Assembly: GCA_937144695.1 (NCBI GenBank) | Contig: CAKZRH010000078.1 | Location: 1 to 16,242, forward strand | Direction: 5' to 3' | DNA: 16,242 nt | DNA from: an uncultured euryarchaeote | Lineage (GTDB): Archaea > Thermoplasmatota > Poseidoniia > Poseidoniales > Thalassarchaeaceae | Shown here: positions 1 to 6,794 of the stretch, in pieces | Numbering within the stretch: the first letter of the stretch is position 1 | Layout: every line of letters begins with the position of its first letter | Position numbers and translations under genes: made by a program | Notes under the pieces: model-generated | The model's input: only the letters and a program-made list of their open reading frames with translations | Told to the model about the DNA's origin: nothing | The model's database searches: none

Positions 1-38
1 GCATATCGTCGGCAGCGTCAGATGTGTATAAGAGACAG
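1..38. other. Illumina Nextera/Tn5 read-1 adapter (technical sequence, not genomic)
   Basis: 6-38 reads TCGTCGGCAGCGTCAGATGTGTATAAGAGACAG, which is the Nextera read-1 tail plus the 19-nt Tn5 mosaic end (20-38). The leading gcata (1-5) would fit the 3' end of an i5 index. Confidence 0.97.
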
Positions 39-198
39 GGTTGGTTCTAGAGAACAAGGCATTGAAGATTTAGCATCAAATGCTGTTGCTGTTTGGGATA
101 GGGTAACTGGAAAATTAGAGAGGGGAGCAGGTAATATTCGTTCCTGCTATGTTAAAACATCAATGGGACCTGCAATTAAGGTAGAGGTGGTTGAATGA
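39..198 (+). CDS. rpl1: 50S ribosomal protein uL1, C-terminal fragment (5' end lost at contig/adapter boundary)
   Basis: Frame-1 translation of 40-195 is [52 protein letters not shown], ending in the YVKTxMGP-type tail typical of archaeal L1. The stop TGA (196-198) overlaps the P0 ATG as ATGA. L1-L10-L12 is the conserved archaeal gene order. Confidence 0.8.
184..189 (+). promoter_or_regulatory. Shine-Dalgarno-like site (GAGGTG) for P0
   Basis: GAGGTG lies 5 nt upstream of ATG 195 and is complementary to the archaeal 16S 3' end. It sits inside the L1 coding tail, consistent with translational coupling. Confidence 0.55.
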
Positions 199-1214
199 TC
201 CCGAAGATTGCTGGTTGGAAGAAAAATCGTGTATCTGAGCTTACAGAGATTTTTAACAGAGATGGTTCTTTTGGAGTTATTGATGTCGCTGGGGTTCCAG
301 CAAGTAACATGATAAGTATGAGAACAGATCTTAGAGATCGAATGACCATTACTATGGCAAAAAAGTCTCTAATCAGGTTAGCTTGGTCTGATGCAGGTAA
401 GCCAGCTGAAGAGCTCGAGAAACTACTTGAAGGCGCAGATCAGCCCTGTGTTGTTCATAGTGATGGTATGAATGCATTTGAGATTTTTAATGAATTATCT
501 AAAACTCGTCAGGGTAGAGCAGCAAAAGAAGGTGAGAAGTTTCCCGAAGATGTAACTATTCCAGCTGGACCCACAGAATTTGGGCCTGGCCCAATAGTAG
601 GGGAGTTCAATGCAGTTGGAATCCCAGCAAAAATAGATAAGGGGAAAGTAGCAATTCAACGAGAAACAACATTCAACAAAGGAGATGAAATTTCGGCAGA
701 TTTAGGGATAATGTTAGCTAAGCTCGGAATAAATCCCATTGAAATTGGACTAATACTAACTGGAGTTGTAGAAGATGGATATGTTTTCGAAGCTTCTGAA
801 CTAGATTTGGATGTAGAAGGTTTGACTTCTGATATAATTTTGGGAGTTTCGTCTACTTTCAACTTAGCATGTAATATCAGTTGGTTTTCTCCAATCACTC
901 TCCCTACCTTGATTTCAAAGGCATCAGGAGAGTCGTTATCTGTGGCAATAGAAGCTGGAATAATTAATGAGAAAACCGCTTCCTTGTTACTTTCGCGAGT
1001 TAATAATCGTGCACTGGCATTAGCCGGTCAATTAGATTCCTCAGCACTAGATGAAGAAATTGTTGCATCTTTAGGTGCAGCATCTGAAAGTACTTCCGCC
1101 CAAACCTCTGTAGAGGCGGAGTCTAAGCAAGAATCTGAAGAAGATTCTGAAGAAGAGGAAGCAGAGGAAGAAGAGAGTGGCGGGTTCGGTGGACTCGGCG
1201 ACCTCTTTGGATAA
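195..1214 (+). CDS. rplP0: 50S ribosomal stalk protein P0 / uL10 (archaeal type)
   Basis: 339-aa ORF. It has an L10-like N-terminus ([13 protein letters not shown]...[13 protein letters not shown]), a long archaeal/eukaryotic-type extension, and an acidic tail ending [16 protein letters not shown], the archaeal stalk C-terminal peptide. Confidence 0.95.
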   Translation: MIPKIAGWKKNRVSELTEIFNRDGSFGVIDVAGVPASNMISMRTDLRDRMTITMAKKSLIRLAWSDAGKPAEELEKLLEGADQPCVVHSDGMNAFEIFNELSKTRQGRAAKEGEKFPEDVTIPAGPTEFGPGPIVGEFNAVGIPAKIDKGKVAIQRETTFNKGDEISADLGIMLAKLGINPIEIGLILTGVVEDGYVFEASELDLDVEGLTSDIILGVSSTFNLACNISWFSPITLPTLISKASGESLSVAIEAGIINEKTASLLLSRVNNRALALAGQLDSSALDEEIVASLGAASESTSAQTSVEAESKQESEEDSEEEEAEEEESGGFGGLGDLFG

Positions 1215-1217
1215 AAA

Positions 1218-1223
1218 AGGTGA
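1218..1223 (+). promoter_or_regulatory. Shine-Dalgarno-like site (AGGTGA) for P1/L12
   Basis: AGGTGA lies 4 nt upstream of ATG 1228. This supports the ATG rather than the upstream GTG 1177 as the start. Confidence 0.6.
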
Positions 1224-1227
1224 AAAA

Positions 1228-1542
1228 ATGGAATATGTATATGCTGCAATGTTGTTACATTCTGCAGAGAAAGATATCAGCGAAGAAGCTGTCAACTCAG
1301 TATTGACAGCGGCAGGAGTAGAAGTGGATGGGGGTCGAGTTAAGGCCCTTGTTGCATCGCTAAGTTCTGTCGACATTGAAGAAGCTATGTCGACGGCAGT
1401 AGCTGCTCCAGTAGCTGCTGCTTCTCCTGCTGCTGCATCTGGAGGGGCTGCTGCTGAAGCTGCTCCTGCTGAAGCTGCAGAAGAGGAAGAAGCTGAAGAA
1501 GAGGCCGGAGGATTCGAAGGTCTTGGATCTCTCTTTGGATGA
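1228..1542 (+). CDS. rpl12: 50S ribosomal stalk protein P1 / archaeal L12
   Basis: The product starts [20 protein letters not shown], the canonical archaeal L12 N-terminus. It has an Ala/Pro-rich hinge and the tail [15 protein letters not shown], matching the P0 tail. The ORF-track start at 1177 overlaps P0 and is probably too long. Confidence 0.93.
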   Translation: MEYVYAAMLLHSAEKDISEEAVNSVLTAAGVEVDGGRVKALVASLSSVDIEEAMSTAVAAPVAAASPAAASGGAAAEAAPAEAAEEEEAEEEAGGFEGLGSLFG

Positions 1543-1600
1543 AGCATCAATTGAATAATAAACGCGGGACCGCCATGGGCGAGGGCCTACAGGGATTGTT

Positions 1601-2068
1601 ATGGTGAATTCTAGAACTATTGAAATTCCGGTAAGTGTTAATCCTACAGATGCTATTCGTGCTATGAGAGAGATTGGTGAATCAAAAGGATGGATGATGA
1701 ATAGAATTAATGATTCTACAATTGTACAAAGATGGGCAATAATAGTACCAATTACGAGAAGTACAAGAGTCTTAGGTATACAAGTTGAGGGCGGAAAATG
1801 CGATGGTTTGGAATTAAGGACATGGAGTTTTATACCCGGCTCAGCTGGAAGGATTTCTTTTGTTTCCTTTACTATTCCAGATCAATTAGATGGATTGGAT
1901 TGGGAAGTATTTCTAAATGAGTGGGTAGCTAGGTTACCAAGATGTCCATGGAAATGGACTTTTTTGGAAAGATCTGTAATAGGCTATCTCATCCCAGAAT
2001 TTAGAATTTCTAGAAAGAGGTTCGCTAATGAAGGAATTGAATTGAAAAAATGGGAATCCTCGGATTAA
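1601..2068 (+). CDS. hypothetical protein (155 aa, soluble, no motif recognised)
   Basis: Intact ORF co-directional with the ribosomal genes. It is not low-complexity and has mixed charged and hydrophobic composition. I recognise no family signature. Confidence 0.6.
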   Translation: MVNSRTIEIPVSVNPTDAIRAMREIGESKGWMMNRINDSTIVQRWAIIVPITRSTRVLGIQVEGGKCDGLELRTWSFIPGSAGRISFVSFTIPDQLDGLDWEVFLNEWVARLPRCPWKWTFLERSVIGYLIPEFRISRKRFANEGIELKKWESSD

Positions 2069-2109
2069 TAATTAATAAGCAAAAAACTACTCTAATAGTA
2101 GACTAATTG

Positions 2110-2117
2110 ATATATAA
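2110..2117 (+). promoter_or_regulatory. candidate archaeal TATA box (ATATATAA) for the 2140 gene
   Basis: The box is centred about 26-27 nt upstream of ATG 2140, the canonical TATA-to-TSS spacing in archaea. That implies a leaderless mRNA. There is no SD before 2140. Confidence 0.35.
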
Positions 2118-2139
2118 GGTTAGAAAGAATTGTGATTAC

Positions 2140-2814
2140 ATGGACTTTCAAGACTTAGTTGACACCCCAAGAAAGGTCAAAATTGTTGTTGGAACCATAA
2201 CTCTATTACTACTGTTTCCAATATATTTCGCTTCAGTTCCTTCCTTAATTAATGGTGAGGTGGGAGAAGGAAGGGTTGTTGGCCTTTCTGGAATACTATC
2301 AATTAGTTTCGAAGAAAATGAGACAACTATTACTGAATCTATACTTCTAGATGATGAAGAAAGTTATGAAACAATTTTTGACATTAACATTGAAAATGAT
2401 AAGAAAATTGGTTATGTTCAACTTTCTGTAACTTGCTTCGATAATGATGATCCTGGTCCAGGATTTACAGATAGTGTTGAAGGAAGTAGTGATTTAAGTT
2501 CTGTAGATGGAGAAATTGATGATCAAAGTGGAGATGGTGAATGTTCAGGAGGAGATAGTGGATTTACATTTAGATGGGATATCACAGAAAATTATACTGG
2601 AGATTCATACTCTGAAGAGGGTAATGAAGATGAGATAAGAGATAAGTGGTCTGATCAAGGACATGGAAGAGGTTCTTGGAAAGCTATGATTACTGCACAG
2701 ATTAATTCGCCGCCGGGACCTGTTATTGGAGACATTGTAGACTCAGATGAAGAATTTGTAATTACTTGGACATTGATGACCTATGAATTGACCATAATTG
2801 AAAATAGTTCTTAA
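2140..2814 (+). CDS. hypothetical membrane-anchored, highly acidic protein (about 224 aa)
   Basis: From ATG 2140 the product is MDFQDLVDTPRKVKIVVGTITLLLLFPIYFASVPSLI, a single N-terminal TM or signal anchor. It is followed by a D/E/S/G-rich domain with two Cys. The TTG at 2107 in the ORF track is less likely because the TATA-like box lies inside that extension. Confidence 0.65.
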   Translation: MDFQDLVDTPRKVKIVVGTITLLLLFPIYFASVPSLINGEVGEGRVVGLSGILSISFEENETTITESILLDDEESYETIFDINIENDKKIGYVQLSVTCFDNDDPGPGFTDSVEGSSDLSSVDGEIDDQSGDGECSGGDSGFTFRWDITENYTGDSYSEEGNEDEIRDKWSDQGHGRGSWKAMITAQINSPPGPVIGDIVDSDEEFVITWTLMTYELTIIENSS

Positions 2815-2885
2815 ACGATATTTGGTGTTCGGAATTACACTAGATATATGCATATTATATAATAGAATGTATAAATTTGGCACCA

Positions 2886-2895
2886 TTTAATATAT
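2886..2895 (+). promoter_or_regulatory. candidate archaeal TATA box (TTTAATATAT) for the rhodopsin gene
   Basis: The box is centred about 26 nt upstream of ATG 2916 and no SD motif lies between them. This is consistent with a leaderless rhodopsin transcript. Confidence 0.4.
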
Positions 2896-2915
2896 GAACG
2901 TGTGTACCGAAATGC

Positions 2916-3740
2916 ATGGGAATGAAATTTATAAATGGAAAAACCCCAAAGAAAACCGTAGTGATGGGAGCATTACTAGCAGTCCTATTCGGAGTAGGAA
3001 GTGTATCTGGAGCAACCAGTGCTAACGAATTACTTCGTGATGGAGATACAGTTGGAATGACCTTCTGGATTGCAACTGCAATGATGTTCGCAGCTACTAT
3101 TTTCTTTATATTGGAAAGACAAAGTGTAGCTCCAAAATGGAGAACATCAATGACTGTAGCTGCGTTAGTAACTGGTGTCGCATGGTACCATTACACATAC
3201 ATGAGAGAAGCCTGGGCATACACCTATGGCGCTACTCTGGACGCAACTGGAACTGGAACAGGAGACAGTCCACTCGTATTAAGATACGTGGATTGGTTAA
3301 TCACTGTACCACTACAAGTAGCTGAGTTTTACTTAGTTCTAGCTGCTGTAGGTGCTGTAACAACAGCTCTGTTCTTCAGATTATTTGGTGCTTCACTGAT
3401 AATGCTGATTGCTGGATTCCTAGGAGAGGCAGGAGAAGCAGATGAAATGATGATGTTCGGAATTGGACTTTTAGCTTGGTTCTACATCATCTATGAAATC
3501 TGGGCTGGAGATGCCAAGAGTGCTGCTGATACTACAAGTGAAGGTACTCAGTTTGCATTTAAGGCAATGGCAATAATTCTGACAGCTGGTTGGGCAATTT
3601 ATCCAATAGGATATTTCCTAGGAACTGGAGATGATCCTGATGTTGATGGACTCAACATCCTATACAACTTGGCTGATTCAGTCAACAAGGTTGCATTCGG
3701 ACTAATGGTTTGGTATGCAGCAACAATGGACTCAGAATAG
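2916..3740 (+). CDS. proteorhodopsin-type light-driven proton pump (DTE motif, Gln at tuning site)
   Basis: 274 aa with an N-terminal signal-like peptide and 7 hydrophobic helices. Helix C reads RYVDWLITVPLQVAEF (Asp 3291-3293, Thr, Gln 3315-3317, Glu). The retinal Schiff-base lysine lies in NLADSVNKVAFGL (aag 3687-3689). A His in WYHYTYM aligns with PR His75. Confidence 0.95.
   Translation: MGMKFINGKTPKKTVVMGALLAVLFGVGSVSGATSANELLRDGDTVGMTFWIATAMMFAATIFFILERQSVAPKWRTSMTVAALVTGVAWYHYTYMREAWAYTYGATLDATGTGTGDSPLVLRYVDWLITVPLQVAEFYLVLAAVGAVTTALFFRLFGASLIMLIAGFLGEAGEADEMMMFGIGLLAWFYIIYEIWAGDAKSAADTTSEGTQFAFKAMAIILTAGWAIYPIGYFLGTGDDPDVDGLNILYNLADSVNKVAFGLMVWYAATMDSE
3245..3262 (+). repeat. imperfect 3x hexanucleotide tandem repeat (aactgg aactgg aacagg) inside the rhodopsin gene
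   Basis: Read directly from the sequence. It encodes the TGTGTG stretch in the helix B-C loop insertion. Confidence 0.8.
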
Positions 3741-3763
3741 AGGCCTAAAGTTGAAAACGTAAG

Positions 3764-3790
3764 AGAGATGGGGGTTCGTCCCCCATCTCT
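3764..3790. terminator. GC-rich hairpin between convergent rhodopsin and NTPase genes (possible bidirectional terminator)
   Basis: agagatggggg (3764-3774) pairs perfectly with cccccatctct (3780-3790), giving an 11-bp stem with a 5-nt loop (ttcgt). It lies 24 nt after the rhodopsin stop and 9 nt from the stop of the minus-strand gene. Confidence 0.5.
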
Positions 3791-3798
3791 TGAAACAA

Positions 3799-5079
3799 TT
3801 ATTTCTTGGAGGAATGGATTTTAATTACCGATCCATGCTTAATTGATGAATCCGCAGCTATTGTCATTCCCGATTTCGCATCAATTGCTCTAACAAAGTT
3901 TTCTCCTAGGTCAGTATGGACTAGAAAGGCTAATTGTTTAGCTGTAGTATAATTGGGAACTAATATTGCGTCGGGTAATATTTTTCCATCTGCATCTACC
4001 CAATGAGTATCATCATTAACTGGATAAGAAACAATATAGTTAAGCTGATTGAATACAATGTCACTAAGCAGTCCTATCAAACCGCCACCATCAAACATAG
4101 AAAGAGAGGTAGAGATTCTTCCTAATGCCTCTCGTTGTTTATCAGAAAGATTTTTTTTCCCTAATTCAGTTATTTTGAAATTTGAATCACCAGGTATTAC
4201 TGATATCAAACCTGAAGAAGCAGCTCTTTGGATAGCTAATTCTGCTTCTGCACTCGTGAAAAATATTTTTCCACCTAATTTTTTAATTTCTGATTTTAAT
4301 TTTTTATCATCAAATGATATATTCTCAGCTTTATTGCCTGCAAATGAAATTGGGAATAATAATTCCCTTAATATTGTAGATAATTTTAGTAAATCATTAG
4401 ATTTCCATGATTGGGGATCACTCAAATTTGGAAATCGTCTTTGAATTTCATTTAATGCTTCTACACTAATTGAATCTCGAGCTCCAATTCCTGAAAGCTT
4501 TTCTGATAAGTGTTTTCTTATTGCAATATCTCCCTCTGCTTGAGCCTTTCGAATAACACGATTCCATCCATTTTCAAGAATACCTAAAATCCAAGAATCT
4601 AACTCAGAAAATAGAAATTCGATTTCTTTTATTGGATTTGGCCCTCCGGATCCTATTGGGTTTCCTTCTAAATCTGTAGACCCGGAGACATCTATAACCT
4701 GAATTAATGCGTCGCACCTTGATAAATCTGAAAGGAATTGGTTACCCCTTCCCCTTCCTTCATGTGCACCTGGGACTAAACCTGCAACATCGACTAAAGT
4801 AACTGGTATCATTCTCATATGATTTTTACATATTCCTGTGTTTGGCATACATAAGCTACCTTGATTTATTTTTTCGACTGTTTCGTTATTTTGGTATTGA
4901 TTTTTTTTATTTAGTAGTTCATGGCAGGCACATTTCTCGTTAATAGGTAACCAAGCAATACCAATGTTGGGTTCAATAGTTGTAAATGGGTAATTCGCAA
5001 TCTCAACAGGAGTCTGGGTCATAGCAGAAAATGCAGTAGATTTTCCAACATTGGGTTTTCCAACAAGTCCTATTCGCAT
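3799..5079 (-). CDS. Obg-family (YchF/DRG-like) P-loop NTPase with C-terminal TGS domain
   Basis: G1 is GKPNVGKST, G2 is YPFTTIEP, G3 is DVAGLVPGA, and the G4-like motif is NKAE (4324-4335). The C-terminal segment TAKQLAFLVHTDLGENFVRAID...HGSVIKI is TGS-like. 426 aa. Confidence 0.9.
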   Translation of the reverse strand: MRIGLVGKPNVGKSTAFSAMTQTPVEIANYPFTTIEPNIGIAWLPINEKCACHELLNKKNQYQNNETVEKINQGSLCMPNTGICKNHMRMIPVTLVDVAGLVPGAHEGRGRGNQFLSDLSRCDALIQVIDVSGSTDLEGNPIGSGGPNPIKEIEFLFSELDSWILGILENGWNRVIRKAQAEGDIAIRKHLSEKLSGIGARDSISVEALNEIQRRFPNLSDPQSWKSNDLLKLSTILRELLFPISFAGNKAENISFDDKKLKSEIKKLGGKIFFTSAEAELAIQRAASSGLISVIPGDSNFKITELGKKNLSDKQREALGRISTSLSMFDGGGLIGLLSDIVFNQLNYIVSYPVNDDTHWVDADGKILPDAILVPNYTTAKQLAFLVHTDLGENFVRAIDAKSGMTIAADSSIKHGSVIKIHSSKK

Positions 5080-5118
5080 CAGATACTCTCCATTATATTC
5101 TAGGATGAGGTATGCACA

Positions 5119-6783
5119 TTAGAGTTCTGTTGGTTTACCTTGTTTCTCGGATTCAGAAACTGGTACTATTTCAGTATCCATTGTAGCTCCCTTTGAAAAT
5201 AGTTTTCTTACAGTTGTAGTTTTTGTTAAATTATAAGATTTCATTTTAACTGATGTTGAGGATTCTGAATCTTCATTTACAATTTGAGATCCCCTATAAA
5301 CACCTCTAATCATATTTAGGCACTGGAAAATTGATCCTAATACAACTAAGTAAAAAATTACCGAGCCTATTGATCTAAGTCCATTGGGTGTCTCGGTAAT
5401 TACAGCTTCTGGGTCAGACTCGAGAAGGGATATGTTGGAAAAATCTCCCATGATTGTAAAAATTATACCTGTAAATGCTCCACCAGACATCATCCAGAAT
5501 GCCCTTCTCGAGCTATTTGCAGAGAGAATACTTCTCCCAGATACCGCAGGGAAAATACATAGAGTTGCACCTAGTGAAATCGGAACTAAAACAGTCCAAA
5601 TTGCCATAAGATGTACGGATGAAGATATTTCTATCAACTCATTATTCCCTGATAAAAAGTCTGTTTGGATAAAAAGAAAGGAAAGTCCGACCGGAATTAG
5701 CATAATTGCCCCGAAATTTATTTCCGCCATCCCAGGATTTTCAGAGTTTTCTATGAAAGAATCATCTCCTCTTATAGTTATTATAAGATTAGAAGCTAAT
5801 GCGATTAGTGGAACTGCGAATAGAGCCATTATGAACGATCCACCGATTAAGTCATTTCTTGATGGTTCAAGTATGGAAGATTCTAGACCTAAGAACATAG
5901 CTGAAAGTTCGCCCGATGAAAAGCCAATTGGATTTAGGGTGAAAATTGATCCTGCAAGTATGATTGCAGTGAGTGATTTTGACCAAAGCGGATTTCCTGA
6001 ACCATAAGATGCAGCGTAAAGTCCTATTCCAGAAAGTTGTAAGAAAAAGGAAGCTCCGGTTAGTCTTACTAATGCCCATTGACCTATTCCATCAGATAAA
6101 TTTCCAGTAATTGCTATTGTGAGAGTGGAAATTGGGAATGAAATTAATCCAATAATTATTAACCACCCTGGTAAAGCCATTTTTCGTTCTCTGTAAGAGG
6201 CGGTTAGAAGTAAATTTACAATAATCGCGATAAGTGCCAAAGAATTAACTAGTGTTGAAACTAATAATATTTTTACTCCAAAAATCTCGGGCCTGTAGGC
6301 ACCAATAACCATGATTGAAACTGAAAGTGCCCAGACAAATGATACCAATGTAGCATTTTTTTCACTGGCTAGGTTTGTATTGGAAAGATTGGGTACAATA
6401 TGTAAAGCGGAACCAATCAGAAACATTCCCACTGCACCAAAAATTGTTGAAAGTTTTCCAGCGAGGAGTAAACTTTCCGATGTAGGATTTAGTCCCCAAG
6501 CCGATAGACTGTGTAGAGCAGAAGGTTCATGCCCTAGCCATAATCCAATAAATGTTAGAGTTGATGATATTACCAGCCAGACCGCACCTTGTATTATCCA
6601 AGCAATTGATCCAGAACCGCTTCTTCCTTCAGCGAAGTCTATAGCTGGACCTAATGCTTTCTCAAGCATGAATAGGCTGGTTCCCTTAGTTACATCAGTA
6701 AATATCCAAATTCCTCTATTTAACATCACGTAAACAATAATCATCAAAAGCCAAAAAACCATTAATATTGTGATTAAACCCAT
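5119..6783 (-). CDS. polytopic integral membrane protein (about 13 predicted TM helices), family unknown
   Basis: Long ORF with about 13 hydrophobic segments and a hydrophilic C-terminal tail of about 70 aa. I prefer ATG 6783 over the ORF-track TTG 6789 because a GAGGT motif sits 6 nt upstream of that ATG. Confidence 0.8.
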   Translation of the reverse strand: MGLITILMVFWLLMIIVYVMLNRGIWIFTDVTKGTSLFMLEKALGPAIDFAEGRSGSGSIAWIIQGAVWLVISSTLTFIGLWLGHEPSALHSLSAWGLNPTSESLLLAGKLSTIFGAVGMFLIGSALHIVPNLSNTNLASEKNATLVSFVWALSVSIMVIGAYRPEIFGVKILLVSTLVNSLALIAIIVNLLLTASYRERKMALPGWLIIIGLISFPISTLTIAITGNLSDGIGQWALVRLTGASFFLQLSGIGLYAASYGSGNPLWSKSLTAIILAGSIFTLNPIGFSSGELSAMFLGLESSILEPSRNDLIGGSFIMALFAVPLIALASNLIITIRGDDSFIENSENPGMAEINFGAIMLIPVGLSFLFIQTDFLSGNNELIEISSSVHLMAIWTVLVPISLGATLCIFPAVSGRSILSANSSRRAFWMMSGGAFTGIIFTIMGDFSNISLLESDPEAVITETPNGLRSIGSVIFYLVVLGSIFQCLNMIRGVYRGSQIVNEDSESSTSVKMKSYNLTKTTTVRKLFSKGATMDTEIVPVSESEKQGKPTEL

Positions 6784-6789
6784 ATCCAA

Positions 6790-6794
6790 ACCTC
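6790..6794 (-). promoter_or_regulatory. Shine-Dalgarno-like GAGGT overlapping the stop codon of the upstream small membrane gene
   Basis: The minus strand reads TGAGGTTTGGATATG. The TGA stop of the 106-aa ORF (6793-6795) overlaps GAGGT, followed by a 6-nt spacer and ATG 6783. Confidence 0.45.

Noticed and set aside
1177-1227. Extended GTG start (1177) for the P1/L12 gene
   Set aside because: It would overlap the P0 tail by 38 nt and add a non-conserved leader. ATG 1228 gives the canonical MEYVYAA N-terminus and has an AGGTGA motif 4 nt upstream.
1071-1550. Minus-strand ORFs (1071-1550 and 1028-1249) encoding Ser/Ala/Pro-rich proteins
   Set aside because: They are antisense shadows of the GAA/GCT-rich acidic-tail and Ala-hinge codons of P0 and P1. 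They are low-complexity and fully overlapped by well-supported ribosomal genes.
1561-1594. GC-rich block (22/30 G+C over 1561-1590) just after the ribosomal operon, considered as a structured RNA or terminator
   Set aside because: The best pairing I could find by eye is a 4-bp stem (cgcc/ggcg) with a 3-nt loop, and the block is not repeated elsewhere. That is insufficient to call a feature.
2107-2139. TTG start at 2107 for the acidic membrane protein
   Set aside because: The extension contains the TATA-like box itself. ATG 2140 sits at the expected leaderless distance and yields a sensible N-terminus followed by a TM anchor.
2400-2700. Asp/Glu/Gly/Ser-rich stretch of the 2140-2814 gene, considered as a nucleotide tandem repeat or array
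   Set aside because: I saw no regular nucleotide periodicity by eye. It is compositional bias at the protein level only.
3137-3325. 62-aa alternative-frame ORF inside the rhodopsin gene
   Set aside because: It is fully embedded in a strongly supported CDS, has no start context and has odd composition (Trp/Arg/Asn-rich). It is a chance ORF.
4049-6733. Plus-strand ORFs 4049-4444, 5384-6007 and 6311-6733, and the minus-strand ORF 5867-6079
   Set aside because: All lie inside long minus-strand genes that have clear motifs or TM periodicity. The plus-strand ones are antisense and 5867-6079 is an alternative frame. Their products are low-complexity Ser/Ile/Pro-rich, typical of shadow ORFs in AT-rich DNA.
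5119-6783. The 13-TM protein as a heme-copper oxidase / NorB / CcoN-like subunit I
   Set aside because: Only the helix number is similar. The conserved His ligands, including the adjacent HH pair and the helix-10 HxH pattern, are absent.
6787-6789. TTG start for the 13-TM protein
   Set aside because: ATG two codons downstream (6783) has a correctly spaced GAGGT motif. The TTG would sit only 0-1 nt from that motif.
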